From contig OX597820.1 in the NCBI GenBank assembly GCA_951406725.2, forward strand, positions 67,084,001-67,148,000: a stretch of DNA of 64,000 nt, given 5' to 3'. Origin of the DNA: Octopus vulgaris (Eukaryota). Position numbers and translations under genes: made by a program. Below the pieces are notes generated by a model that did no database searches, was not told the DNA's origin, and was given only the letters and a program-made list of their open reading frames with translations. This document shows, piece after piece, positions 42,088-54,061 of this stretch; position 1 is the first letter of the stretch; each line of letters opens with the position of its first letter.

Positions 42088-42902
42088 TTACGATGGACAA
42101 CTCTGCCGGGACTAATCTGGTGTCTACACACCGCTACCACCACCACCACCACCACCACCACCACAAGTATTATTGACACAAACACTCACCAGTGAAAAAA
42201 AGAAGCTGCACAATAATAATAACGATATCGTTTCGTTTCATTTCTCTTATTTGTAAAATCGCCCAACTGTGGCATGTTGTTTCCGACACGATCAACCGTG
42301 TCAGATAATTGACTTACAAACAGGAACTTCAGTTCATGTCACAACCCACCACTACTACTTTCATCACAACACAAACTGCTGACCATGAACCAACCAGGGA
42401 GCTTCTGGGCCGGTCGACCGAGCTGCTAGAAATAGCAATCAAATCTCACTCACATCCCACTGTCTTAAAAATGGACAAACTGAATAATGTAATGTGGGAT
42501 ACTATTTCTGAAAAGGAAAAGCGATACGCAGACGGGATATTCACAGCTAGAATGTCTGTATAAAACATGGGATGGCCACGCACAGAACACCTTTGCTCAT
42601 ATGCCTGCTCAGTCGGAGCAGACTAGGGTTAAACAACACTTCCAACCCTCGTCAGCACCCCACCACCTCCCAGTTGTCGCAACTACACGTAACTACAAAC
42701 CGAGCGAGTCACTATAGCGTTAATAAATTTAAAGCGCTAGAGTAAATAACCATAGTATATCTAGGACTTCGCCATCCACTGAGCCCTTTCTCATTTCCAA
42801 GGTGATGGAAGTTGCTATCTCACGTAATTCGAAAAATCATAATTACCCTCGATGGTAAACCTTTCTTAAACCCGACATGACGAAATATCAATTCTTTTAA
42901 CT

Positions 42903-43451
42903 CAGTGGTTCCCAGCTGGGGTCCACACGACCCTTGAGTGGGTCCATATCAGATTTTGTTGTCAAAATTTATGAGCAATAAATTGCTTAAACTTCTATAA
43001 TAACACCGTGAGGGCGCGTTGCTTAGTGGTTAGGGCATTCGGCTCATGATCGTAAGGTTGTGAGTTCGATTCCCGGCGACGCGTTGTGTCCTTGAGCAAG
43101 ACACTTTATTTCACGTTGCTCCAGTCCACTCAGCTGGCAAAAATGAGTTGTACTTGTATTTCAAAGGGTCACTCTCTGTGTCACGCTGATTATCCCCGAG
43201 AACTACGTTAAGGGTACACGTGTCTGTGGAATGCTCAGCCATTTGCACGTTAATTTCACGAGCAAGCTGTTCCGTTGATCGTATCAGCTGGGACCCTCGT
43301 CGTCGTAACCGGCGGAGTCTTTAATAATAACACCAAAATATGTTTGGTGTTATTATAAAAAAGGATTTTTTAAAAATTGAATGGTTATGAGGGTCCACCT
43401 GAGTAAAACAGGGACCAAAGGTGTCCATGGGAAAAGGGTTGAGAAGCACTG
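42903..43451. mobile_element. hAT (Charlie-like) MITE containing a nested SINE-C
   Basis: TIRs CAGTGGTTCCCA / TGAGAAGCACTG and ggtccac/ggtccat subterminal motifs. An uninterrupted relative lies at 59882-60135. Confidence 0.8.
43008..43323 (+). mobile_element. SINE family C, full length (tail T1)
   Basis: A box, B box gagttcgattccc, CORE-like tgtccttgagcaagacacttt, and 11-bp TSD ataataacacc (42997-43007, 43324-43334). Confidence 0.9.
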
Positions 43452-43532
43452 GTTTAAATAAACGTTATTGGAGTATCATATATATATATAACAAAGTAAA
43501 GTTGTAAGGTACCGCACGAGTGAAAATATATA

Positions 43533-43672
43533 TGAAAGAAGGTTTGAAAATGCAATTTTAAAGATGTTTATTCACTTGACCGGTTTCACTTTTTTAGAAA
43601 ACGATTGTCAAAAGTAAAATGTAAAGCTTTGTATGAGCTTTGTTGTGTTAAGTAATGGTTATCACAAAAGTA

Positions 43673-43707
<35 letters not shown>

Positions 43708-44252
43708 ACATTCTTTGATAATAATAAGAAAATGTTAAAAACAGTTTACAAGAAAGTATTTAAGAAAGTAATCAGAACAGGGCTCCAAAAAGTATTTTGA
43801 GTTCAATAAAAATCATGTTTGTTTGGTAGTATATATATATACACAGAAGGAGTTATATTTAAGAATTTACAAAAAGTTGTAGAGGAATAACTGACCTGTC
43901 TTTCTGGCATTTTGTTTTGTGTGTAGCAAAGGAATGTTTTTGTAAATTTTTAAATATATCTCCTTCTGTGTATACTATCAAACAAACATGATTTTTATTG
44001 AGCTCAAAATGCTTTTTGGAGTCCTGTTCTGATTACTTTCTTAAATACTTTCTTGTAAACTGTTTTTAACATTTTATTATTATTATCAAAGAATGTGTAT
44101 ATGTATTTTAATACTTTTGTGATAACCAGTACTTAACACAACAAAGCTTATACAAAGCTTTACATTTTACTTTTGACAATATTTTTCTAAAAAAAGTGAA
44201 ACCGGTCAAGTGAATAAACATCTTTAAAATTGCATTTTCAAGCCTTCTTTCA
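43533..44252. mobile_element. Long inverted repeat of PLE-like pLTRs (arms 43533-43875 and 43937-44252), each with a hammerhead motif
   Basis: Arms are near-identical reverse complements. The motif tttactt-TTGACAA-..-GAAA-CCGG-TC-aagtgaa lies at 44164-44215 (+) and 43570-43620 (-). Confidence 0.8.
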
Positions 44253-44500
44253 CACCCACACACACACACACCTATATATATATATGTTATGAGAGGTAAT
44301 GGTGTCAGTAAGACCCAAAGGTGTCAGGTAATGCTGAGTAAGTGCTATGGATAGGCCATAATTATGTTCCAGGTTCGGTGATTATGCGAATAAGGAGTAC
44401 AGTGTAGGTCATATATCAGCGTGTGTATATATATATATATTTTCAGAATGAGATATAAAAACCAAGGCTGTGAAGATTTTAGAACATTTATAAATAGAAG

Positions 44501-44548
44501 GTCTTACAGCTGTTTCCAAGATATTTATTATATCCTTTTATCGGAGAC
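44501..44548 (-). ncRNA. Minimal type I hammerhead relic in a PLE-like fragment
   Basis: Reverse complement GUCU-CCGAUAA-aaggauau aaua aauaucuug-GAAA-CAGCU GUA-AGAC. Stem I GUCU/AGAC, palindromic stem III; the C3/A8 mismatch suggests an inactive copy. Confidence 0.65.
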
Positions 44549-44674
44549 GGTTTGAGAAATTGTCAAGTGATGGTAGAGACAAACACAAACACAGTCTGTC
44601 TGTCTCTCTTTCTCTCTCACTCTATCTCTCTCTCCCTCACTCTTTCTCTCTCTCCCTCACGCACACAATCACAC

Positions 44675-44967
44675 AGGATTCTACACAGTTTCCGCCAACC
44701 AAATTCACTTAGAAGGCATTAGCCGGCACAAACTGCTACGCTGTGGAAGTGAACCCGAAGGCACGTTGTCTCGGCGCGAACTTCTTGACTACACAATGAT
44801 GTCCACGCCTTACGTTCTGAGTTCAAATTCCACCGAGGTCGACTTTGCCTTTCATCCTTTCGGGATCGATAAATTAGGTATCAATTGCGTACTGGCGTCG
44901 ATCTAATGGAGTCGATCAAAATTTCGGGCCTTGTGTCTAGTGTAGAAATGAATTATGGCCACGCCTT
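44675..44967. mobile_element. Old SINE-B 5' half (-) with a 5'-truncated SINE-A (44812-44954, +) inserted at its head
   Basis: 13-bp TSD atg(t/g)ccacgcctt at 44799-44811 and 44955-44967. Confidence 0.75.
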
Positions 44968-44973
44968 GTTGAT

Positions 44974-45086
44974 GTTTACAGCATCTGCATTTCCCAAGCA
45001 GTCACTTAAGCATTAACTAGGGTCGATGTCGCTTGATTTCGGTGATAGGATGAGAATCGATGCTTGAACTTGATATGGCCATAAAC
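44974..45086 (-). pseudogene. 5S rRNA pseudogene (or 5S-derived SINE head)
   Basis: Reverse complement gtttatggccatatcaagttcaagcatcgattctcatcctatcaccgaaatcaagcgacatcgaccctagttaatgcttaagtgactgcttgggaaatgcagatgctgtaaac is colinear with the animal 5S consensus, with many transitions and a small deletion near box C. Confidence 0.85.
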
Positions 45087-45299
45087 TCATAAGGTTTTTA
45101 TTACCTATTATTGCAGAGAGGCTTTTTATTTTTTACAATGTCCATCGCAAGTCGCCTAGAAGCAAATTACTGTTGATACGCGTATCAATTTTGATGTAGA
45201 CCCCCCCCACCCCTTACTTCAGTGAGATATGGAATAATTTTGTAGTGGGTTGAAAGATAAATATCTACATAGGCATATGCGTTATATAGGATAAAAGCA

Positions 45300-45607
45300 A
45301 AAGGAGGAGAGAGAAGGTGAGAGAGAGACAGAGAGAGACACACAGAGAGAGACATACACAGAGAGACAGAGGAGGAGAGAGAGAGAGATCAAGTATGGTA
45401 TACTGTGAAATAGAACACGATTGAGAGAGAGAGAGAGCGAAACAGAGGGAGAGAGAGAGAAATCAAGAAAGATATACTGTGAAATAGAACAAGTCTGAGA
45501 GAGAGAAGGTGAGAGAGAGACAGAGAGAGACAGAGAGAGACACACACAGAGAGACAGAGGGGGAGAGAGAGAGATCAAGTATGGTATACTGTGAAATAGT
45601 TCAAGAT

Positions 45608-45659
<52 letters not shown>

Positions 45660-45802
45660 AGAAAGATATACTGTGAAATAGAACAAGTCTGGGAGAGAGA
45701 AAGAGAGAGAGGGAGAGAAAGACAGACAGACAGACATACAGAGAGGGAGAGAGAAGGAGAGAGAGAAATCAAGAAAGATATACTGTGAAATAGAACAAGA
45801 TT

Positions 45803-45837
<35 letters not shown>

Positions 45838-45885
45838 GCAGACGGAGGAGTGATTGAGAAAGAGAGGGACAGGCAAAAAAAGACA

Positions 45886-45941
<56 letters not shown>

Positions 45942-46115
45942 AAGAAATCAAGAAAGATATACTGTGAAAGAGAACAAGATTGATAGGGAGAGAGTGACAG
46001 ACAGACTGACGGACGGACGAACTGAGAGAGAGAGAGGGACAGGGAGGGAGAGAGAGAGATAGAGAGAAATCAAGAAAGATATACTGTGAAATAGAACAAG
46101 AGCGAGAGAGAGAGA
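45300..46115 (+). repeat. Minisatellite: seven ~33-bp cores separated by variable (GA)/(GACA) spacers
   Basis: atcaag(aaaga/tatgg)tatactgtgaaatagaacaag at 45388, 45462, 45574, 45656, 45768, 45947, 46069. Confidence 0.9.
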
Positions 46116-46354
46116 GTCGTATTGTGTGACATTAATTATTTATTCCTTAAACTACTTATTGACATTAGATGAGCCCTGACGCCCACCTTCTTGTATTGTT
46201 GTTGTTGTTGTTATTGCTACTGCCGCTGCTGCTAACAACATTTAGCCCCTGGTCAACTCTGATTGTATTAAGGATCAAAGGCATATCATGTTTAATATGT
46301 GTTAAAAATGTACACATTTTTTGTTTATAATTTTATAATTTTATAATTTTATAA

Positions 46355-46750
46355 TGTGTGGTAAGTAGCTTGCTTACCAACCACATGGTTTCGGGTTCAG
46401 TCCCACTACGTGGCACCTTGGGCAAGTCTCTTCTACTATAGCCTCGGGCCAACCAAAGCCTTGCAAGTGGATTTTGTAGACGGAAACTAGAAGAACCCCA
46501 TCGTATATATGTATATGTATATGTATATATATATATGTGTGTGTGTTTGTGTGTCTGTGTTTGTCCCCCACAACATCGCTTGACAACCGATGCTGGTGTG
46601 TTTACGTCCCCGTAACTTAGCGGTTTGGCAAAACGAGACCGATAGAATGAGTACTAGGCTTACAAAGAATAAGTTCTGGGGTCGATTTGCTCGACTAAAG
46701 GCTGTACTCCAGCATGGCCGCAGTCAAATGACTGAAACAAATACAAGAGT
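46355..46750 (+). mobile_element. SINE-B, near full length
   Basis: Colinear with 28795-29228. Confidence 0.9.
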
Positions 46751-46761
46751 ACATTTATATA

Positions 46762-47275
46762 TCTATATATATAAAACTGTAGTTGTGTGAGTGTCTGTCC
46801 CCTTCGATTTAGATTCCTAACTACTCCCACATTTTGCGGTGCAGTTTAACCAAATTCGGGTATCTTATAGTCGTGATTCATATCGAGCCCGTCTGAGTAT
46901 TAGCGCGCGTCTACGATGAGTCTACGATTTTAAAAATAATTTAACATCATTTTTTTATTCCATTTTAATGCATAATTTTTCGTGTGTCGATGGCGGCGGA
47001 GTTGGCGTCTATGGTCACGCCTGCACCTGTTTGCTTCTCCGACTTCTTCCCTCCCTAGTGAAGCTGTGGGGAAGAGAGTTTAAGGAAATCAACGTCGTAA
47101 AGCGTTGTCAAGGAGACCAGCGTTCTTTTAGAACAACGACTTCATGGCTTGAAGACACCAAAACAGAAATGGCTAAGAAAGCCCGAATTGGCATCTATAA
47201 GGGAAGTAACTGTCTAAAAATGCTTATATAGTTATTTCCCTTACAAACCCGAGCAACGCCGGGCGATACTGCTAG
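46762..47275 (+). mobile_element. Non-autonomous Helitron
   Basis: 5' TC(TATATATATAAAA), 3' CTAG preceded by hairpin cccgagcaacgccggg (47248-47263), inserted between A and T with no TSD. Confidence 0.9.
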
Positions 47276-47359
47276 TTTTATATAATTTCATTTTCATTCT
47301 TGTTGGATCCACTGTTTTTACAATATGGCGGCAATCATTTTCTCTGCCTCCATCTCCAG

Positions 47360-47515
47360 GATGGAGCAATAATTTAGCTGAACTTAATGAATGCATTCAG
47401 TCAGCAGTGCAGGAGACAGCTCTTGAAATGCTTCAAAATGTGTTTCGCAATGCTTAAGGATAGACTTGGAATTTGAAAGAATACAGACGGAGCACATAGG
47501 GAAAATTTTCAGTGA
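47360..47515 (+). mobile_element. Tc1/mariner transposase C-terminal relic
   Basis: NNLAELNECIQSAVQETALEMLQNVFRN../RLGI*KNTDGAH, similar in pattern to 49950-50135. Confidence 0.55.
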
Positions 47516-47558
47516 AGTTTTACGTAAGACTTATAAATCTTTTATTTTTGTGTCATAA

Positions 47559-47866
47559 TGGCGTTGTTTGTTCCTTCTCGAACCATGCTTGGCTAATAAG
47601 GGCCGGTTTCCCGGTTTCCTTGGCGTATAGATTCTCCACCTAGACGGGATGCCGATCCGTCTCAGGTGAGCTGATAGATGCAGGAGGCGAGAGTGGGAGA
47701 AAGTTGTGGTGAAAGAGTCAGCAGAGGTTTGCCATTACCTTCTGCTGGAGATGCCTGGAGCTTAGGTGTTTCGCTCATAAACACACACATGGCCCGGTCT
47801 GAGATTCGAACCACAATCCCTTGATTGCCAGTCCGCTGCTCTAACCACTAGGTTATGTGCCTCCAC
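47559..47866 (-). mobile_element. SINE family E-related with a third tail T3
   Basis: E-type head and body (gagcgaaacacctaagctcca..ctctttcaccacaactttctc), distinct tail, TSD tttgt(g/a)tcataa. Confidence 0.8.
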
Positions 47867-48267
47867 TTTGTATCATAAAAATAAACATAAAATTCTGTCA
47901 GTTCTTTTCAAATTTGTACCATTTCATTGAGATAGATGGTTAATTCTGGAACACCCAGTTTATCATTTGGGTGGGAACAATAAGGTGTGAACTGAAGGGT
48001 AATTTAGCTGTTATTTCTTGTAAGGTGAGGGATTTAGTTGTTTATCGTCATCAGATTTTGTCATATGTTTGACAATTTTGCCGTTTTTCTGGAAGATTTT
48101 CTAATCGGGTAAGAAGGCAGTGTTCATAACATTTTACAAGGCCCCTGTGGTTGGTGGGAGGGAAGGGTGTGCATTCTCAAGCTGGAGACCTGACCTAAAT
48201 GCTGCCAAAAGACTTGATTCTGTTAAATGCACGTAGGACCGGTGGTATCTTACTCTTTTACTCTTTT

Positions 48268-48340
48268 AAACACACCAGCATCGGTTGTCAAGCGATGTTA
48301 TGGGGACAAGCACAGACATACGAACATATACACACACGTA

Positions 48341-48412
<72 letters not shown>

Positions 48413-48720
48413 TACACACACACACACACATATATATATACATACATATATACAACGGGCCTCTTTCAGTTTCCGTCTACCAAATCCACTCACAAGGCTT
48501 TGATCGGCCCGAAGCTATAGTAGAAGACACTTGCTCAAGGTGCCACGCAGTGGGACTGAACCCGGAACCATATAGTTCTTACCACACAGCTACTTACCAC
48601 ACAGCCACTCATACGCCTACGAAGGTTCAAGTTGATCCGATCAACCGAACAGTATGCTCGTGAAATTAACGTGCAAGTGGCTGAATAGTCCACAGACACA
48701 TGTATCCTTAACATTAATTC
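48268..48720 (-). mobile_element. SINE-B (48268-48618) abutting a T1 tail fragment
   Basis: Family motifs. Confidence 0.8.
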
Positions 48721-48958
48721 CAAAAACATTTTAATCTGTAGACGTATCATCAAAAGTACTAACACCTTTTTTACTGTCATCTTAGGATCACACTATCACC
48801 TTATGATAAAACTACTTGTAAAACAAATGTTCTTATGTTTTAACAGACATTTTTTAATTGCAAGGAAACAAAGAAACAGAAAAAAGGTGGGGTATTATGC
48901 AGCAGAAGATGGAAGGGGAGGGAGAAACGGGTTGTATACCCGAGAATAAATGGCGTGT

Positions 48959-49200
48959 TCAGCCGCTCCTCGTGGACATGACTGCAAAAGCGTTGCCACG
49001 GAGAATGGCCAGTGACAATCGCTGCAGCAGCAACTCTACCTCACGGGGCTCATTTTTCAGACTGGCCGTCGTTATCCCTATTTTGCAGAGGAAATCGGTA
49101 GTGCAGGATTTGAGAATACTTGGGGCATCGGCGGCGACAGACACAAACTGGTAGCGGCCGATCAGTCTCCTGTATTTATCTATATTTTTAGAAAGTATAT
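48959..49200 (-). mobile_element. Second CRE-like RLE C-terminal fragment
   Basis: KYRRLIGRYQFVSVAAD..EPREVELLLQRLSLAILRGNAFAVM, homologous to 4018-4260. Confidence 0.75.
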
Positions 49201-49223
49201 ACCTTGGTAATTTCTGTTCTGTT

Positions 49224-49546
49224 GGCACTCCGTCGGTTACGACGACGAAGGTTCAAGTTGATCCGATCAACGGAATAGTATGCTCGTGAAATTAATGTAT
49301 AAGTGGCTGTGTAGTCCACAGACACCTGTACCCTTAACGTAGTTCTCAAGCAGATTCAGCGTGACACAGAATGTGATAAGGTTGGCTCTTTGAAATATGG
49401 GTACTACTCATTTTTGCCAGCTGGGTGGACTGGAGCAACGTGAAATAAAATGTCTTGCTCAAGGACATAACGCGTCGCCGGGAATGGAACTCATGACCTC
49501 ACGATGGAGGGTGGAATGCCCTAACTACTAAGCCACGCGTCCTCAC
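49224..49546 (-). mobile_element. SINE-C, full length
   Basis: Reverse complement aligns to 43008-43323. Confidence 0.85.
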
Positions 49547-49868
49547 ACACTTTAGCAATAGAACAAAACCGGCCACAAACAGAGAAATTCATTCTCATGA
49601 ACAATGAATTTATCACAAATTACTCCACTACAAAATAACGCCCCGACTTTTAGCTGAAATATCCAACCAATATTCATGGATGTGACGCAAAAGCAATCAA
49701 TGAATATCTAAATAGAAAGAATGGATTTCGTCTTCAGTAACGAAAATGGTTTAAACAACATGTTACGCACCACAAAAGAAAGACAATTCCGCAAGAAAAA
49801 CAAACTCAGAACGAATGAGCCTTAAAAACACAATAAAAATATCACAGAGCTCGACAAACATGGAAATA

Positions 49869-50242
49869 CAGAGTGATTCAAAAGTCGCCATACATAGGAA
49901 AGATTTATCTTTTTTATAAGAAACAGTTTATAGGAACAGTTTTTTATTATTATTTAACAGATTCAATATGGTTGCCATTGTTTTGAACACGCATTGCGAT
50001 ACTTTTACCCCACTCATTGTGAACTCGTAATTGCACATCTGGTGATACCTGTGTAAAGGAGTTGGTGATGCGTTCCTTCAAAGGATTTATATTTTTTATC
50101 CTTCCCCGATACACCATACCTTTCAAATGCCCCAAAAGATAGAAATCAGTAGGTGTCAGCTCAGGGGATCTAGGGGATCTTATAAACTGTTTCTTATAAA
50201 AAAAATTTTTTTCCTGTGTATGGAGACTTTTGAATCACCCTG
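49869..50242 (-). mobile_element. Internally deleted Tc1/mariner element (rosa/DD41D-like)
   Basis: ~65-bp TIRs CAG(A/G)GTGATTCAAAAGTC.., TA on both flanks, encodes RSPELTPTDFYLLGHLKGMVY..LKERI..GNHIESV. Confidence 0.9.
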
Positions 50243-50271
50243 TAGAACGAGGTATTATAGTCGAAAATCAA

Positions 50272-50593
50272 ACACTCCATCGGTTAAGACGACGGGGCTT
50301 CCAGTTGATCCGACCAATGGAACAGCTTGCTCGTGAAATTAACGTACAAGTGGCTGAGTGCTCCACAGGCACGCGTACCCTTAACATAATTCTCGGGGAG
50401 ATTCAGCGTGACACAGAATGTGACAAGGCTGGCCCTTTTGAATAACAGGTACTATTCATTTTTTTCCGAATGAGTGAACTGGAGCAGTGTGAAGTAAAGT
50501 TCCTTGTCCAATGACACAAGGCGCCGCCGGAAATAGAACTCATGACTTTACGATAGTGAGTCGAATTCTCTAACCACTAAGCTTTGCGCCTTC
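50272..50593 (-). mobile_element. SINE-C
   Basis: Family motifs. Confidence 0.8.
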
Positions 50594-51889
50594 GCTACAG
50601 TCGAAAATAATGTGAAAAAAGAAAACAGAACAAACTCAAAACGAGTATGAATACCACAAAAGACATCCATGAAAATAAACAACCAGCTATCCAACCACAA
50701 TAAAGACACAGCCTCGACAGCACTCCTAAAAAGAAACGCGATAAAGACACACACCACCATTGTGTGACCATATTTAATATTGAGTGAAATTTATCAGAAA
50801 GAATAAAGAATGCAGAAATGACAATAACGTAATCAATAAACATGGATCAATAGGTATCTTCTCGATTCTAATAGAGTAAGAATATCTTTACCCAAACGTC
50901 TCCTTTAATCCCATTTAAAAAGAAAGGATATATATTAATATATGCTATAAAATTGAAAAAGAAAACGGTAAGAGGTATCGTTACCTAATGAGATGAAAGG
51001 AGAGGAATCTGGTATGAAAGACAGGAAAAAATAAACTCCGAAATAATCAGGAAAATATATCTATAAACGAGAAAATATTCTGAAATTTAAAGGAAAGATA
51101 TTAGCAGTAAAAATCTACAAAATAAGTGAAAACATGTCGATGAGATGCTTCGAAAAACATTTAGAATTCTTTTCTGGGGAATATTACATTTAAAACAATT
51201 TTTGCATAGAAGATACCTACAAGCCATCCGAAAATACAGAAGAACTGTTAACTTCACTTAAAACTTTATCATTTGGTGTCAAAATCTGCGTCGCAGTGAC
51301 TGCGATCTGGTCACTGATATCAAATGATACATGTTTAAGTGAAGATGACAGTTTTGTGTACTTTTGAATGGATAATATGTGTCTTCAACACTATAATTGT
51401 TTTAATTTCAACTCGCAATCTCAGATCAAATCATTTGCTCAACACGTGTAATTCTGAGATGTACTGGCACATAAACAAACTCGGCGTATAGGCTGAGGAG
51501 AATTTCTGTAGGCCAAAAACATTAGTTTTTAATATTACTGGGTTATAATACGAGGCATTGTATAGTAATTACCGATCGACCTCGAGAATAATTTCAGATT
51601 GAAAAATATGCACAAACTCCATCAGAGCCTTCGTAGATCATGAATTTACAGCGAAGTGGAAGTATTTACCGTTGAAATCATGGGGAAGCCCAAGGAATTT
51701 CGATGACATGATGTGGATGAATTTCGCAGGTAAAATCCAAATGTGGAAATACCTATTGTTGTATTGAAGCAATATTAAGTTTATTGATAAATTATGAATT
51801 AAATAAATAATTACTTCATTTCTTAATTTGAAACAATTAGTTACAACAATACAACTTAAAAGATTCTCGATGACAATTCATGCGTGACC

Positions 51890-52208
51890 GTTACATCGAC
51901 CCCAGTGCGTAACTGGTACTTAATTTATCGACCCCGGTGGAATTTAAACTCAGAACGTAGCGGCAGACGAAATACCTATTTCTTTACTGCCCACAAGGGG
52001 ATGCACAAAGAGGGGACAAACAAGGACAGACAAACGGATTAAGTCGATTATATCGACCCCAGTGCGTAACTGGCACTTATTTAATCGACCCCGAAAAGAT
52101 GAAAGGCAAAGTCAACCTCGGCGGAATTTGAACTCAGAACGTAGTGGCAGACGAAATACCGCTAAGCATTTCGCCCGGCGTGCTAACGTTTCCGCCAGCT
52201 CGCCGCCT
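51890..52208 (-). mobile_element. SINE-A with an internal tandem duplication
   Basis: Same junction (rc ..aagaaatag|gtatttcg) as 7843 and 62663. Confidence 0.85.
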
Positions 52209-52632
52209 TTTTTGTATTAAATATTGCAATATATACAATGCTATGTCTAATTGATATATGAATATTTGATATATTAATGTTATGATAGTGCTCAATATCT
52301 TACACTGGAGCTAATAAAAGTAGCCATACCTATTATGTTGCATCCAGTATATTGGGATATTCACTTGTGTGTGCGTGTGTGTGTGCGTGTAAATATTATG
52401 TGGGGTGGGGAGGATGCGCGCGCCTATATATTTATGTGAAATATGTTTGATTCGAAATGATTAGACACGTATTTTCGTGCCAATGAAACTGAGTCCTAAG
52501 TGCTTGTGCCTTCATCTGCTCATATAAAAGGTATTGAATGTTTTTTTTCATTTCATTTGCATATGTATGCATAAATACCAATCTACTTGTCCGTCCGCCT
52601 GTCTGTCTGTCTCCTTCTAACCGTTTGTCTAT

Positions 52633-52686
<54 letters not shown>

Positions 52687-52719
52687 CTTTCTCTCTTTTT
52701 CTCTCTGTCTCTCTTTCTT

Positions 52720-52789
<70 letters not shown>

Positions 52790-52792
<3 letters not shown>

Positions 52793-53150
52793 AGATTAAT
52801 CAGCCGAAATTGCGAAGATGATCCGGTTCTTGACTGATGATTGAGGGCTTCGAATGTCCCGTCCTGTATTTCTTGTGTCGTCTTCTAGGTGTTTCACGTT
52901 CTTGTCCCAGTTTGTATATATTTTTTTAACTTTTACATATATATATATATATATATATATATGCATGTATGGGTACAGGACGTCACCAACAGTAAACAAC
53001 ATGAAATACGAAAACAAATGAGTTAAATACGCAAATAACGAGAGAAAAAATGGAAAACAAGACAAGTAATACAAAGAATACAAAGAACGATCTTTCATCA
53101 GTTGTCGGCTGTCTACTTTCGATTTCGAGCAATCAACGACAACTTATCGC
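52790..53150. mobile_element. Two family Q fragments, tail to tail (52790-52925 +, 52960-53150 -)
   Basis: Shared GAAA..CTGATGA block and 3' ends. Confidence 0.55.
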
Positions 53151-53192
53151 ATATATATATTATTTTTTATTATTATTTAATTGAATTAAGTA

Positions 53193-53276
<84 letters not shown>

Positions 53277-53417
53277 AAAGAGAGAATAGGAGGTCGCCAG
53301 AATTTTGGAATAAGAAGAATGTTATTATTTAGTCATTATTATTAGCGTTTTGGTTCGTTTTTCGAACTCGTCATATAAAAATTTCGCTTTTTCGGATCGA
53401 ACATGGGACAAAATATA

Positions 53418-53493
53418 AGAATTAAAATAAAACCTCAAATTAGGCAATCAACTATTTTTATATAATCATACACAGTTATAAATTCAGTTTAAA

Positions 53494-53554
<61 letters not shown>

Positions 53555-53641
53555 ATACGCATCTTAAGCCGAATTTATTTATAATTGTGTATGAGTATAT
53601 AAAAAAGTTGACTGCCTAATTTGAGTTTTTATTTTAATTCT
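53418..53641. repeat. Inverted repeat (~83-bp arms) around a (TA)n loop
   Basis: agaattaaaataaaacctcaaattaggcaatcaact.. / ..agttgactgcctaatttgagtttttattttaattct. Confidence 0.85.
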
Positions 53642-53662
53642 GTTATATATATATATATATAT

Positions 53663-54052
53663 CTTTTACTCTCTTTTACTTATTTCAGTCATTTGACTGC
53701 GGCTATGCTGGAGCACCGCCTTTAGTCGAGCAAATCGACTCCGGGACTTATTCTTTGTAAGCCTAGTACTTATTCTATCGGTCTCTTTTGCCGAACCGCT
53801 AAGTAACGGGGACGTAAACACACCAGCATCGGTTTTCAAGCAATGCTAGGGGGACAAACACACACACATACATATATATACATATATACGACAGGCTTCT
53901 TTCAGTTTCCGTCTACCAAATCCACTCATAAGGCATTGGTCGGCCCGGGGCTATAGCAAAAGACACTTGTCCAAGATGCCACGCAGTGGGACTGAACCCG
54001 GAACCATGTGGCTGGTTAGCACGCTACTTACCAGACAGCCACTCCTGCGCCT
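53663..54052 (-). mobile_element. SINE-B, full length
   Basis: Colinear with the other family B copies. Confidence 0.9.
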
Positions 54053-54061
54053 ATATATATA

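Noticed and set aside
45388-46100. CRISPR-like repeat-spacer array
   Set aside because: Eukaryotic context, spacers are GA microsatellite of variable length, and there are no cas genes.
49560-51260. A-rich strand-biased stretches (also 2900-3960) suggesting decayed LINE ORFs
   Set aside because: No diagnostic motif could be recovered by eye.
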